DNA from: Chiloscyllium plagiosum
Taxonomy: Eukaryota
Direction: 5' to 3'
DNA: 64,000 nt
NCBI RefSeq assembly: GCF_004010195.1
Contig: NC_057719.1
Span: 80,718,999 to 80,782,998, forward strand
A program made the position numbers and the translations under genes. Below the pieces are notes generated by a model, which was not told the origin of the DNA, did no database searches, and saw only the letters and a list, made by a program, of their open reading frames with translations. Position 1 is the stretch's first letter. Each line of letters starts with the position of its first letter. Positions 12,275-25,129 of this stretch are shown in pieces.

Positions 12275-12680
12275 GTCATGGAGTCATAGAGATGTACAGC
12301 AAGGAAACACCCTTTGGTCCAACTCGTCCATGCCGACCAGATATCCCAACCCAATCTAATTCTACCTGACAGCACTCGGCCCATATCCCTCCAAACCCTT
12401 TCTATTCATAAACCCATCATTCCATACATGTACTACCCTCTGCATGAAACAATTGCCCCTTTAGGTCTCTTTAATATCTTTCCCTCACACCCTAAACCTA
12501 TGCCCTCCAGTTCTGGACTCCACCACCCCAGGGAAATGACTTTGTCTATCTATCCTATCCATGCACCTCATGATTCTATAAGGTCACCCCTCAGCTTCCG
12601 ACGCTCCAGGGAAAACAGCCCCAGCCTGTTCAGCCTCTCCCTGTAGTTCAAATCCACCAACCCTGGCAACATGCTTGTAA
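12275..12680 (-). mobile_element. CR1 3' fragment
   Basis: Reverse complement of the CR1 3' end at 11480-11794 / 52860-53315. Confidence 0.85.
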
Positions 12681-12890
12681 ACTGTAAGCGTAAATTGATG
12701 TGCTACTTTCATTTTCGGTGATGGAACTACACAAACTACTAACACGAGGCTAAATGTTTCTTCAAAAACTAATATAAATAATGAAACTTTAAGTTTGATT
12801 GTCTGTTCGAGTTTTCTTACCACCTGACACGCGTGACGTGTTTACAGAACTGCATTACATCTTTGAAGTCTTGACCATGTAAAAATACTT

Positions 12891-13097
12891 AGGCAAAAGT
12901 GAGGACTACAGATGCTGGAGATCAGAGTCAAGATAAGAGTGGTGCTGGAAAAGCACAGCAGGTCGGGCAGCATTCGACTAGCAGGGAAATCAACTTTTCG
13001 GGCAAAAACCCTTTATCAGGGCTTTTGCCCGAAGCATCGATTTTCCTGCTCCTCGGACGGTGCCTGACCTGCTGTGCTTTTCCAGCACCACACTAAT
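12891..13097. mobile_element. Palindromic PLE family A insertion
   Basis: TSD catgtaaaa(a)tactt (12876-12890 / 13098-13111); arms invert at the hammerhead. Confidence 0.85.
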
Positions 13098-13385
13098 CAT
13101 GTAAAATACTTGTTGTGGATGCCTGCACCTTCCATATTCTGATGTGTCCTACCATGGGCATTTCACATGCTATTCTTAAGATCTCCTTGAGATATCTGGG
13201 TGATATCACTAGTTAATAAATGACCATCCATTCTTTGTCCTCAGGTCAGTGAGATTGTTGCTGCATCTACTACTGCTTGGACCAGCAGCTGTGTCAACAG
13301 TACTTACAATGAGTGGCATGTCATTTGCTTTCAAAGTGTGCAGCAATTCCTCCACATTTTTAAAATAGTTATTTTGCCATTTCAC

Positions 13386-13663
13386 TCTTGACACCATCCA
13401 GAACAAAGCAGACGGCTTGATTGGCGCAATATCCACAAGCAACCACTCCCTCTCCCACCGACACTCAGTAGCAGCAGTGTGTACCATCTACAAGATGCAC
13501 TGCAGAAATCCATCAAAGATCCTCAGGCAGCACCTTCCAAATCCATGACCACTTCCATCCAGAAGGACAAGTGCAGCAGATATACAGGAACACCACCATC
13601 CTAAAGTTCCCCTCAAAACCACTCACGACCCTGACTTGGAAACATATCGCCGTTCCTTCACTG
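13386..13663 (+). mobile_element. CR1-group family B 3' fragment
   Basis: cttgacaccatccag...cagtagcagcagtgtgtaccatctacaagatgcactgc; reverse copy at 55400-55632. Confidence 0.7.
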
Positions 13664-13875
13664 TACAAGGAGTGCAGAACTCATCACTAGATTGATGCCT
13701 GTCTCCAAATCCTCATTCTCAAATGGAGGTCCCATTGTCTGATACTAACTCTTCCAGAAAGCGGTACATCACAAATATCTTGGTAAGTGCTGCGATCGCA
13801 GTCTGCTGTGGTCAAATGAAGTTTAGTCACTTAAATCCATCTCGAAGAATTGTTGGCTAGGACTACATATACCAC

Positions 13876-14118
13876 CTAAGGGGCAACGTTTTTCACTCAG
13901 AGGGTGGTACGTGTATGGAATGAGCTGCCAGAGGAAGTGTTGGAGGCTGGTACAATTACAGCATTTTAAGGGCATCTGGATGGGTTTATGAATAGGAAAG
14001 GTTTGGAGGGATATGGGCTGGCTGCTGTCAGGTAGGACTAGATTCGGTTGGGATATTTGGTCGGTATGGATGAGTTCGACCGTCTGTCTCCATGCTGTAC
14101 ATCTCTCTGACTCTACTC
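13876..14118 (+). mobile_element. CR1 3' fragment
   Basis: Matches 11551-11794. Confidence 0.85.
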
Positions 14119-16053
14119 TGACTTCCCTTAAAAGTCGTTTGAGCCTTGCCTATGATCTTTCCAGAAATGTTGATAAAAGCCTTGGCTCTATAGGGCACAT
14201 GACCAATGTAATCCTGTATGTCTTTTCAAATGCCTGGCTACTATATGGATTGTGGCAGCCCTTGCTCTGCATTTCGTCATGTCTTAATGCCCCATGTAGA
14301 GTTTCAGTCAGATTTCTCTTTACACCAACTTTACTAGAAACATTCTATGGTTATACATCTTTACAACTGTCAATTTGTGACAGCGGTACCCTTTCAGCGC
14401 TTATCTGCTGGATTATATTTCACCTTTGTAAACTGAGTTGTCTCATCTTTGTGCGTATTGCCATACTTTCTGCCCATCTTTTCCCTCAGCCGCTGAAATG
14501 CTGGTTATCACCATAGAACAAAAGCACCACTTGTACAAGAATAATATCTACTTTTTTCTGCTCAACCCACCGGTACTGTTGAAAGTGTATCCACTGTTAC
14601 TTGTGCCTTGAATGCAAAATAAACGATTCCATGTCTGTATCTCATCAGTCTAAACCTAAATCTTTGTCTGTGCAGAGTGTTTTAGAGATTTCTTTCAATT
14701 CCAATAATGCTACCAATGGCTTGTGATCCATTTCAACCTTAAATTTCAGTCCCCTCAGAAATGTGTAAATCTTTCATGTGCTCATGTAACTGCCAATGCT
14801 TCCTTCTTTAAGGTTCAGTGTTCATCAAAGCTCTCAACATGAAGTACAGCAGCTTTCATGTTTGGTCAGTTCACCACTCGAATAAGGACTGCTCGAAATT
14901 CAGTACGTGTGAAGCATCTGAGGCAACTACCATGGATAAGACTGGATTGTGACATGCCAAAGTATTAGTAGACGGTAGATTATTTTTGTTTCTTTTTCCT
15001 AAAGTTGCAGTCTGGTCCTGCCTCCAATGCCATTGCTGACCTTTCTTCAAAAGCTGTCCCTTGAGTTGTGTAAGGTGACTATGTTAGCAATAAATGTTTC
15101 TACTTAATTCACCACGCCCATGAACAGAAGCACACCATTTAGGCACTTCAGTGCTGTAAATTCACCGGTAAGTTCTCATCATCCTTGGATCCACCTGGTT
15201 TTGGATATTGCGTTCTCGAAAGGTAATCATTGTTCTAGAGAATTGACATTTTCCATTTAAGATAAGGTCTCCATTCTGTGGAGCCATTAACCCTCTGATC
15301 CTGTTCCTTCTTCGGTTTTACCACTCTGATACCAACCATACGGAAAATTTTCACTTCCAGGATTCAAGGCGTTGCCCTTTGGAAAGTCTCTGGTGCATGT
15401 TCATATGGCAGGCAGCTGCAGCAATTCCACCCAAACTATCTAATATATGGAATCAACAACCTTGACTCTTGGTCTAAGGACATTTGCCAGAAATCACTGT
15501 TTACATCCTGTTTTTTTGAAAAACTTGTTTGTTGTCAACTTTGATAAATTATTGTCAACAAATGAAATAGAATTGATTTCTCGTCTTGCTCCTTTGTTTA
15601 ACTGAGTGAGATCCACACACAATTTTAGCTCACCATTTGTCTAGCAAACAGTTACTTGCCCTGAGCATCATTGTGTCAGTTCAGTCACTGATGATATGGC
15701 CCCACTTTCAATCATTCTGTGTAACTGAGAATGTACTTGTTGCTTCAAAAGCACCCAAGAATATTTCTGGCAATGTACAGGAAGATGGGCCAAGCATTTT
15801 CTTTGCGGACTAATATAATACTCCTGATTGGTTTCTGAATAGCTTTGGAAATTCTTGGTGAAATTCTCTCCAATTTTCATTCTGAAGAATTGCATACACT
15901 CTCTGAGATAGAACAAGATCAATACACATATTTTAGCTTAACAATGAGGCCACACTATGTATAATGTTTCACTGATATTTCACCCTCTGATGAATATACG
16001 TGGTGATTTCCTCACACCGATTTGTTATTCTTAAGCTTTGGAGCTTTATGTTT

Positions 16054-19000
16054 TTTACAAATGTTTTTATTGAAAAACTATTTCTTTACAAAGTTATAAA
16101 ATTCCAAAAATATGAAAATATAACATTAAAATAATAAAAACAACAATAAACAATAAACCAACTACTATACAACTCGACAAATGAACTCACAACTACACTC
16201 ATTACTCAATGAATAAATAAGTAAATAAATAATGCCACTCAGTGTTAACAAGATCTCAGATCTCAACCTAAGGGCATCAATTATTAAACCCATGTTTGCT
16301 CGAAATTCTTCCTCTCAGGACATTAGGCTTACTAAATCAAACCACCATGGCTAGACAAAAGCCCTAATTAAAATGGCAGGCAGATCTGCTTCCAAATAAT
16401 TCAAAAAGGGCTGTCATGTCTTATAAAGATTGCCCGTTCTCTTGTACACCCTGTTTGTAAGAAAGTCCAAAGGAATGTGTTCCATAATTAACTTATGCCA
16501 CCCAACAGACCCGGGAGTGCTCTCAGACACCCAGCACATCAGAATATTCCTCCTCGCACAAAAAGCGAGGACATTAAAAAGCTTTTTTCATGCACGTCTA
16601 AGGGAGATAAATTCGGCAAACCCAGGAGAACAGAAATCGGGTCCACTTTGACTTTGGTCCCCAAGACCCACTGTATTACTCCTGCCACAGCACTCCAATA
16701 CGCATGGAGCCTGTGGCAGGACCACAAACAATGAGTGAAGGGACACGTATTTATTTTACACTTGGGGCACATTGAAGCTGCACCCTACTTAAATTCTGCA
16801 AGGCAATCTGGGGCCAGATGAGCCCAATGAAGAATCTTTAACTGGATAGCACGGGTCCTATTACACATTGAAATCCTCCTCACGCTCTCACAAATGTCCT
16901 CCCATGCTTCCAGAGTGATCTCCTCCCTTAACTCTCTCTCTCCCAGACCTCCCGTAATCGCTTAATGTCACCTGAGGAACCTCCCCGCAACAAATGATAG
17001 AGAGTACTCACTGAAAGAATGCTCTTAGCCTGACGTACCCTCCTTTCTGTATCAGATCTATAACCCAAAGTCAGAAGCATAGTCTCTTTTCGGATAAAAT
17101 CTGATTTGAAAAGAAAGGAAAAGGTCCCTACTCGATAATCCATACTTACGACTTATTTGGTCAAATTACATTAATGTTTCATTTTCAAACAGGTCACCCA
17201 AAGAAGAGGAGAAAGTGAGGTCTGCAGATGCTGGAGATCGGAGCTGAAAATGTGTTGCTGGAACAGCGCAGCAGGTCAGGCAGCATCCAGGGAACAGGAG
17301 AATCGACATTTCGGGCATAAGCCCTTCTTCAGGAAAGGCTTATGCCCTGAAGAAGGGCTTATGCCCGAAACGTTGATTCTCCTGTTCCCTGGATGCTGCC
17401 TGACCTGCTGCGCTGTTCCAGCAACACATTTTCAGCACCCAAAGAAGAGACTTTCACTGTCTACCCTGGACTTAAATCCATTGTCCCTGGCTGGAAATCT
17501 AGCAAACCGACTATGGGAGTATGGGAAAATGTTTTCGACATATTACCCTTCATCTGCCTCATTGCCCTCCAACCTTTGACAGTGTTAATAACTATTGGAT
17601 TGCGACAATGTTCTGCAACTATCCTCATTTTGTCCAGAAACAACAGGTTGATAAGAGGACACTTTGCCTGGGAGGCCTCAACGTCCAAACATATCGATGC
17701 CGGGTCCTCACAGGCCCAATCACTCACGAAAGACAGAAGGGAGCTCAACTGATATCCTCTGACATCCGGGAGATCCACTGTTCCCAATTCCTGGGCCATT
17801 TGCAATTTCGTAAGCTTGATAAGAGGCCACTTTTGGCGCCCAATAAAAGAACTAAACCAACCACTTAATTTCTGAAACATTTGTCTAGGAAGAAGCAAGG
17901 GAAACATCTGCAGAGGGTTTAATAAGTGAGGAAGAACGTTCATTTTAATCAGAGCAACTCGACCTAGCCATGATATTGAAAGGGTCCCCCCCAGTCTTTG
18001 AAGGTCTTGTTTAATCTTGTCAAACAAATGAACAAATTAGCCTTGAGTAACTGATCAAAACTAGGGGTAACAGAGAGGCCCAAATAAAAAAAGCCTCCCT
18101 GTGCCCACTTAAAGGGAAACCCACCTTCAACGTCCAGTATTCCCCTAAGACCCTCCATCGGCACAGCCTTCAATTTTGGAAAATTGATCTCGTAACCTGA
18201 GAAAAAGCCAAACGAATTATTACGTTGTATAAACGAAACAGCCAAGTTTGAAAGAAAAATGAGAACATCATCTACATATAATGTGATCTTATGCACCTTT
18301 GACCCTACCTTTGGGGCAGCTAGGGTCCCCACGAATGGTCTCTGTCAGCAGCTCAATCATCAATGTGAAGAGCAAAGGTGGGAACGGACAGACCTTGCTG
18401 ACTGTCCCTACCAATGTTAAAATGATCAGACCTTATACCATTAGTGAGAACCGCAGCCAGAGGATCACTGTAAAGCACCCTTATCCATCTAGTAAACACT
18501 TTATCCAGGCCAAACCGCTCCAGGGTATAAAAAAGGATTGGCCATTCCACCTGGTCAAGTGCCTTCGCCGCGTCCAAGGAAACCACCAACCCTTGAACCA
18601 ACCACTGCTGGCACACTTCAATCATGTTAAGCAGTCTCCTAACATTATTCGATGATCTGCGACCCTTTATAAAACCCGTCTGATCCTCCTTACCAATAGA
18701 GAGCAACACCCTTTCCAACCTCAATGCCAGAGTCCTCAATAAAATTTTAAACTCAGAGTTTAAAAGCAAGATGGGTCTGTAAGATGTACAGCCTTCTGGG
18801 GTCTTCTCTTTCTTAAGGATAAGAAAGATATTAGCCTCTCTCAAGGATGGTGGGAGGCAATCCCGACTACATGAATAGTTATACAGGTCTAGCATCGGTC
18901 CTGACAATGTGTTTACAAATTCTTTATAAAACTCACTGGGCAAGCCATCGGGGCCTGGTGCCTTTCCACTCTGAAGTTGCCTCACCGCCCCCTGTATCTC

Positions 19001-21265
19001 CTGGGCTGGAGCACTAAGGAGATACACCTGTTCAGCAGACACACCAGGAAGATCCAAATTCCTAAAGAAAGACTCCATCTTATCCCATCTGTCCTCACAG
19101 CATTCTGACTGGTAAAATTCAGAGTAAAACCTCCGAAATGCCTCATTGATCTTTTTTAGTATCGTAAGTAAGAGTCCCATTCCCTTCTCTAATAGAAGCA
19201 ATAGGCTGGGAGACATTCTTCCTCCTGACCAAATATGCCAAGCATTTACCCGGCCTGTCACCACGTTCAAACAGCCTCTGCTTCGCAAAGGAAAGTTCCT
19301 TCCTTGCTGTATACGCGATCGCTGCAGCTTAGTCACCGATGACCTACTGTATTATGCCGTCTCAGCTGCATTCAGTCGTGCCTCAAGCAGATGTTGCTGC
19401 TCTCCCTTCTGTCACTTCGGGCTGGCAGAGTATGAGGTAATTATCCCTCTAGCATAGGCCTTAGCAGTCTCCCAAGGAATGGACAGATTAATAGCTGTAC
19501 CTGAGTTGGTGGCCAAAAAAGCTTCAAATTCCCTGGAGAAGTATTCTACAAACCTGCTGTCCTTGAGGATGAAGGGATCCATTCGCCAGTGATCCCACTG
19601 CATCACCCTTAATCTTAACCATTAAATACACCGCTGCAGGATCAGAGATGGCAATATTCCCCATCGAACAGGATCCCACCAAACCTAAAAAAGCCACGGG
19701 AGTTAGGAAATAATCAATCCTTGTGTGGCATTTATGAGGATTGGAAAAGAATGTTAAATCTCTGCCCGGAAGGTGTAAACTTCTCCAAACATCTGCAAAC
19801 CCCAGTTCCACACATAGATCATCCAATTGCTTAGATTGTGAAGAAAGCTTTGTGGGGGGTGCTTTGGGCATTCTATCCAGCACAGGATCCATAAGGCAAT
19901 TAAAATCCCCCCCCCGCCTCCATAATAACATGCCACGATGCTAAGGCCATTAGCTTAGATAGTACATCAGTCAGAAATTTAAGAGGGTGGGCTGAAGGAC
20001 AGCAGACATTCAAAATACCATATTCCTCACCATGTATAAGGGGCTTAAGAATAACAAACCGAACATACTCATCTTTAGCACAATCTATTAAATTAAATGG
20101 GAGACCCTTCCGGATAAGTATTGCCACTCCCCTGCTCCTAGTACTAAAAGACAAGGAAAACACCTGATCAAACCCACTCTGCTCTTACTTTAAGTGCTCA
20201 TTGTCATTAAGTTGAGTCTCTTGTAACAGGGCAACACTCACCCTCTCCTTTCTGAGGCTGGGCAACACCTATTTTCTTTAAACAGGCGAATGAATGCCTC
20301 TGATATTCCAGATGCACCATTTAGGAATGCTGTTAACCGTGATTCTTCACAATCACCTTTGACCTGCCAAGAGGAAGTTTTCATCTTACAACACGCTGAG
20401 CATACTCAAAAGGAGCATAATAGCGTCTGTTTACAAAAAGCCAAAAAATAAACTAATGACAAAACACAAAAGGCACTTCATGGGGGACTTTACCCCCTGC
20501 CCACAGAGGATGCTTACATTTCCCACACACGCCTCCATTCCCCCTTCCAGCTCGAGCCGCACCCTAAAACCAAGCAATGGAAGAAACCAAACAAAGGACA
20601 TTGTAAACGCAAAAGGTATAACAAAAACAGTGAGCACTCTGCTCACTCCCCACAATATATCAATACCCCTCCAGTTCAGAGAGAGAAAAAATCCCACCAA
20701 CAACAGCTTTTTTGGGAAAAATGTGAAAGTACAAGAAATAAAAGCACAACAAAAAAACCCAAACACTACTGTCCATATCCATTAATACATCTACAGTATT
20801 TTGAAGTGTCGAAGACGTTTTTGGCTTGTTCCAAGGAATGTAACGACTGCACAGTCTCCTCGTGAGTAACACAAAGCACCACTGGGTATCTCATCGAATA
20901 TCAAATACCGAGGTCCTTTAATTTTCTCTCAACTTATCAAACAATTTCCTTTTATGGATCACTGCTGCAGAAAAAAAGTCCTGGAAAAACCATTACCTTA
21001 GCTCCCTGATAGGTCAGGGCCTGCGGATCTCTCCCCAACCTTCTAGAACTTTCCATAGCTTGTCCCTGTAGCATTGAAATCGTATCAGAACCGGGCAGGG
21101 GTGCTGACCCTGACCGGATCTGTGCACTGTAACCCGGGGAGCTCTGTCAACCTTCACCCAGTCCACATTGCTATCCCAGCCAAGAAAATATTACTACCCT
21201 GGATTGGGGTGCAGAGTTCAGCAAGGCTGATCTTACCAGATTGCCGCCATCTTGAACCCCCCCCC
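16054..21265 (-). mobile_element. L1-clade LINE with intact 5' and 3' termini, internally deleted and inactivated
   Basis: 14-bp TSD ggagctttatgttt (16040-16053 / 21266-21279); 5' end G9-TTCAAGATGGCGGC; ORF1 C-terminus (VDRAPR..LTYQGAKVMVF..MRYP); ORF2 EN (WNIRG, LLQETQL, GGDFN, RIDYF) and RT (KAPGPDG, YRPI, DQTGFIKGR, SLDAAKA, LYVDDVL); A-rich 3' end. Confidence 0.92.
17209..17435. mobile_element. Near-perfect palindromic PLE family A insertion with hammerhead motifs on both strands
   Basis: About 91-bp inverted arms 17243-17333 / 17346-17436; 14-bp TSD cacccaaagaagag (17195-17208 / 17436-17449). Confidence 0.9.
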
Positions 21266-21814
21266 GGAGCTTTATGTTTGATGGTTTGTATTTCAGAAAA
21301 TGCAGCCATAGCAAATGTTTGTCCTGTATTGAAACAACTGTTCCCCTGTTGACTTTAAATTCTGTTGTTTCAAACATTTATGTATTTAAGTTGATCACCC
21401 AGAGTCCATTTGGATTCTCTTTGACCTCACCTTTTGCTCTGCATCTTTGACTTCTTGAACTTGTTTTTTTGGTTACATGTTTTCAATTTCACTGGAACGT
21501 TTTCTTCTGCAGCATCTTTTCTGTGTTTAGGGGGTGCTCATTTACAACATCCTCTGAAGTGTACCAAACAGCCACACTTGTAGCAGCATCCCTCCCACCG
21601 GGTGGACATTTGTTGCACTTGCAATTCTGTTTGGAGCCACATTTTACACAACCAAATACAGAGACATCATTGATTCCCACTTTAGTGGCATTTTGGTAGA
21701 GTTTTAGATGGGTAATGATGTCACCTTGAATCCTATGGATCTGACCGCATCAGAAAAATCCCCAATTTCGTTATAGTCCTGATTTTTTCTGCATAGTGAC
21801 CTGAACTAACTTTT

Positions 21815-22008
21815 CCCCTGTCCCTCAGGATTCCCTCCAACAACTTGCCCACCACCGAGGTCAGGCTCACTGGTCTACAGTTCCCTGGCTTATCCTTACC
21901 ACCCTTCTTAAACAACGGCACCACGTTAGCCAACCTCCAGTCTTCCGGCACCTCACCTGTCACTATCGGAGATACTAATAACTCAGCAAGAGGCCCAGCA
22001 ATCACTTC
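21815..22008 (-). mobile_element. CR1 RT internal fragment
   Basis: IAGPLAE..VPEDWRLANVVPLFKKG..RPVSLTS, same as 10562-10750. Confidence 0.9.
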
Positions 22009-22146
22009 TTTTGGTAACTTTGAACATCCTTTTTTGTGTAAGAACTACCTGTCAGTTCAGTCAATAAGAGAGGGCGCAGCTTTCCCACTAAAACCTTGAG
22101 GAGGAGATGGGCTATTTAGTTAGACCTAAATAGGGAGGGGTCTGAC

Positions 22147-22565
22147 ATAGAATCATGGAGATATACAGTATGGAAACAGACCCTTCAGTCAAATCACCCA
22201 TGCTGACCAGATATCCTAAATTAATCTAGTCCTATTTGTCAGCATTTGCCCTATATCCCTCTAAACTCTTCCTATTCATGTACCTATCCAGATGCCTTTT
22301 AAATGTTGTAATTGAACATAAGAACTAGGAGCAGGAGTAGGCCGTCTGGCCCTTCTAGCCACTTTGTACTAGCCTCCCCCACTTTCTCTGGCAGCTCATT
22401 CCATTCACGCACCACCCTCTGCGTGAAAAAATTCCTCCTTAGATCCTTTAAATCTTTCCCTCTCACCTTAAATCTATGCCTTCTAGTTTTGGACTCCCCT
22501 ACTAATGGGGAAAAGACCCTTGGCTATTCACCCTACCTGTACCCTGAATGATTTTATAAACATCT
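22147..22565 (-). mobile_element. CR1 3' fragment with small nested piece of another CR1 tail
   Basis: ggaaacagacccttc...cctcaccttaaatctatgcc; aacataagaactaggagcaggagtaggcc insert at ~22315-22358. Confidence 0.75.
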
Positions 22566-23199
22566 ACAACACACTCCCACCATACATTTCCATATCAGCA
22601 GGCATTGAGCATTCAAATTAGGCATTAAAAATAACATTTAAAATCCACTTAAAGGCATTTGTTGGGCAATGCTTTATTTCCCTGGAACGCTGAAATGGTG
22701 AAGGGGGCAATGCAAATGTAGGGCCTTCATTTGCTTTTTAAATTAATAAATTATTGTGGTGACTCATAATTGATTTATAAAATGTGTATTTTCTGTTAAA
22801 TTTAGTGAGCAATTAAGTTTTATTGACAAGGCACAGTTTAACCAATACAGTGACTATATTAATTAATCATGAATCACTGGCAGTAAGTTAATTTATTACA
22901 GTTAATTCTTCTACTGAATTCTGTAATGAATACTACAAATTAATAATAAAATCTACTTAGTTATGACATATAGAGCTGTGACCAGCTGGGAATGGAGCTC
23001 ATGCATTGTAACTAAACTCAGTTACAGTAAAATAGCAGCAGCAGCCTATGATTGAGCATAACTGCAATATGATAGAATTTACTGCACAGAAACTCACCAT
23101 TTGGTTTGCTGGTTTACATCAGTGTTTATGCTCCACAGGAGCATCCTTCCACATACACTTCGTTTTAAAACTCCCTGCATGAATTTCTGTTCCATTCAG

Positions 23200-23440
23200 C
23201 ATGAGATGAGGAGGAATTTCTTCACTCAGAGTTGCGAACCTCTGGAATTCGCTCCCACAGAAAGCTGTTGGGGCCAGTTAATTCGATGTATTCAAGAGGG
23301 AGCTGGACATGGCCCTTTCAGCTAAAAGGATATGGAGGGAAAGCGGGAGTGGGATACTGAAATAACAGGATCGGCCACGATCATATTGAATGGTGGCGCA
23401 GACTCAAAGGGCCGAATGGCCTACTCCTGCAATTCTATTC
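23200..23440 (+). mobile_element. CR1 3' fragment (different subfamily)
   Basis: EMRRNFFTQ..; gggccgaatggcctactcctgc. Confidence 0.75.
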
Positions 23441-25129
23441 TTGGAAGTGGAAACACCTTTTCTATTACTGACCTGACCCCTTCGACATCAGGCTATGCCT
23501 CAACCTGACATTACCACAGAGCCGCAGCCTGTTCACTTCCACCCGATAAAGTTCAGCCACTTCAGCTTCTGTGGCCTCCTTTGGCTTCCTTTTAACATCA
23601 CACAACCATCTCACTGTGTCATCAGCTCTCGCACCGCTTTAGAGGACATCCTGCTTAAAAGGGTCAGGTTCGGGTGGGGAATGCCAGTGAGGGGAGGGTT
23701 GATCGGGGGGCTTCTGTCACTTCCTATGTGAGACAGTAAATGGGGAGTTTTTATTGAAGCAATTATGACAGAAGGGCTCATAAAATGGTTTGGTTGCACC
23801 AGCACCTTCCCACCCAAATATGCCACCTATAGTAGCCACCTATAGTATAGGGAGTGGGTGGGCATTGAAATCAGCAGCCTGGCTGCCGCAAGTAAGTCGT
23901 GAACTCATTCAAAAGTTCAATGGACCCCCAATGAACATGCCCCTGTTAGAATGCTGTTACATGGGTGAGAATACAGAGGTGGTACTGCCTTTTGATGTGC
24001 CATTTGCACAGAGCTGTACCCTCCCTGAAGATGGTACCACTCTTTCTGTCAGCATGCTCTCCAAAACGCCTTGCCAAACACTCCTTGCCTGATACCCACC
24101 CAATTTATCTTGGTTAAAGGCCCAGGTGGACTTCTTTACAGGTCTGTCTGCCATCCTGGGAGTGTCAACTCTCGAGCTCTTGGCAGGACCACTACCCCAG
24201 CTAACAGTGGAATTGCCACTCTGCCTTCACTGTTGATGCCCATAGTGTGTTATCGCTTGTGGGAGCAGACATCTTCATCAGTCAGTTTCCAAATGGCATT
24301 GGACTCGGAGAGCGAGCAGTCTAAGTTCAGTGATGTCCAGCCCAGTGGATGGATTAACTAAACCGAAGCTTCAGGCTATCAGCTGGACTGTGACAGAAAT
24401 TGCGGAAACACGCCTGCTTATTTGTTCTCTCTCTCCAGAAAGCGTAAGACAAAGAGAACTTGTATTTTGCTTGATCATGCTCCTGTGGAGCTCCATAGCC
24501 TGCCTTACTACATCAAAGGCATCATCGAGATATGCAGAACCTGTCATGACCCCCATTTGGCACCCCAAAGTTCAACCAGTGAAGCATTCTGAAGTCTGGC
24601 CATAGTTATAGTTTAGAAGAGTCCCTGAATGTCACACAAAGTTCTAGCTCTTTCCTTCTCGGGCATGCAATAGTCCATCATGAACTCTTTTATGCTGCTT
24701 CAGCAACTCCAGTTGTGGACAGTGGCACTAGAAGACTTTGAGATTGACTAACCCTAAGGTATCATGGCTTCAGATCAAAACCAAGCATGGAAGCCTTCTA
24801 CTGAAAACCATTTATCACACTCTCTCTGCTGGTCATACAGTGCTCCCTCAAGTTGATCACCTAGAAGAGACAGTGAGAGTAACAAGGGTGCAGAACATAC
24901 TCTGAGTGATATCATTCACAATGCTCAGTAACACCACGATTAACTGGGCTGTCCGTTCTTGACAGTCTTGGGTGGCAAACCAGGAATATGGCAAGTAAGC
25001 AACTAGTAAATAATCTCCATTGCATCGCACTTATCAATCTATCATCCTCAGCGCATTGTGATCATAAAGAGTTAATATTGCGCACTCCCTGTAGAGGTGA
25101 AGCTCCATCTATAGTTGTTTTTGAACCAA

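Larger units (their letters stand above)
12166..13385 (-). mobile_element. Integrase fragment of a second, different Gypsy family
   Basis: EILRIACEMPMVGHI (H2C2 region), KDVMQFCK..HACQVVRK, VFEETFSLVLVVCVVPSPK, KLTQFF..YGLPIEI; split by CR1 and PLE insertions. Confidence 0.7.
6900..21810 (-). mobile_element. Decayed Ty3/Gypsy LTR retrotransposon (gag-PR-RT-RH-IN), fragmented by nested insertions
   Basis: Minus-strand remnants in canonical order: gag knuckles CVKCG..CP..CYKCG..HF..C (~21540-21660); protease-like FKVNRGTVVSI (~21330-21370); RT CVDLTQLN, DVNSDFWQ, APETFQR (15200-15720); RNase H KEALAVT..MDHKPLV..QRFRFRLMRY (14630-14810); IN GH..TKCRARA (~14280), ELVSDNG (~13740), LLSYR..GELFTGRRLNT (11800-11900), KQQRWYNSRHRAK (~7370); candidate PPT GGGGAAGG followed by TGT at 6919-6909. 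Confidence 0.85.

Noticed and set aside
11953..13097. DNA-transposon MITEs or CRISPR-like repeats
   Set aside because: Arms are asymmetric, TSD lengths vary and the sequence derives from a PLE pLTR; no regular repeat-spacer array
18353..19336. 327-aa ORF as a functional gene
   Set aside because: Fragment of L1 ORF2 flanked by frameshifts and stops
24600..24861. Host coding exon after a strong minus-strand acceptor
   Set aside because: In-frame stop after about 27 codons in the best-looking frame; treated as a transposon relic
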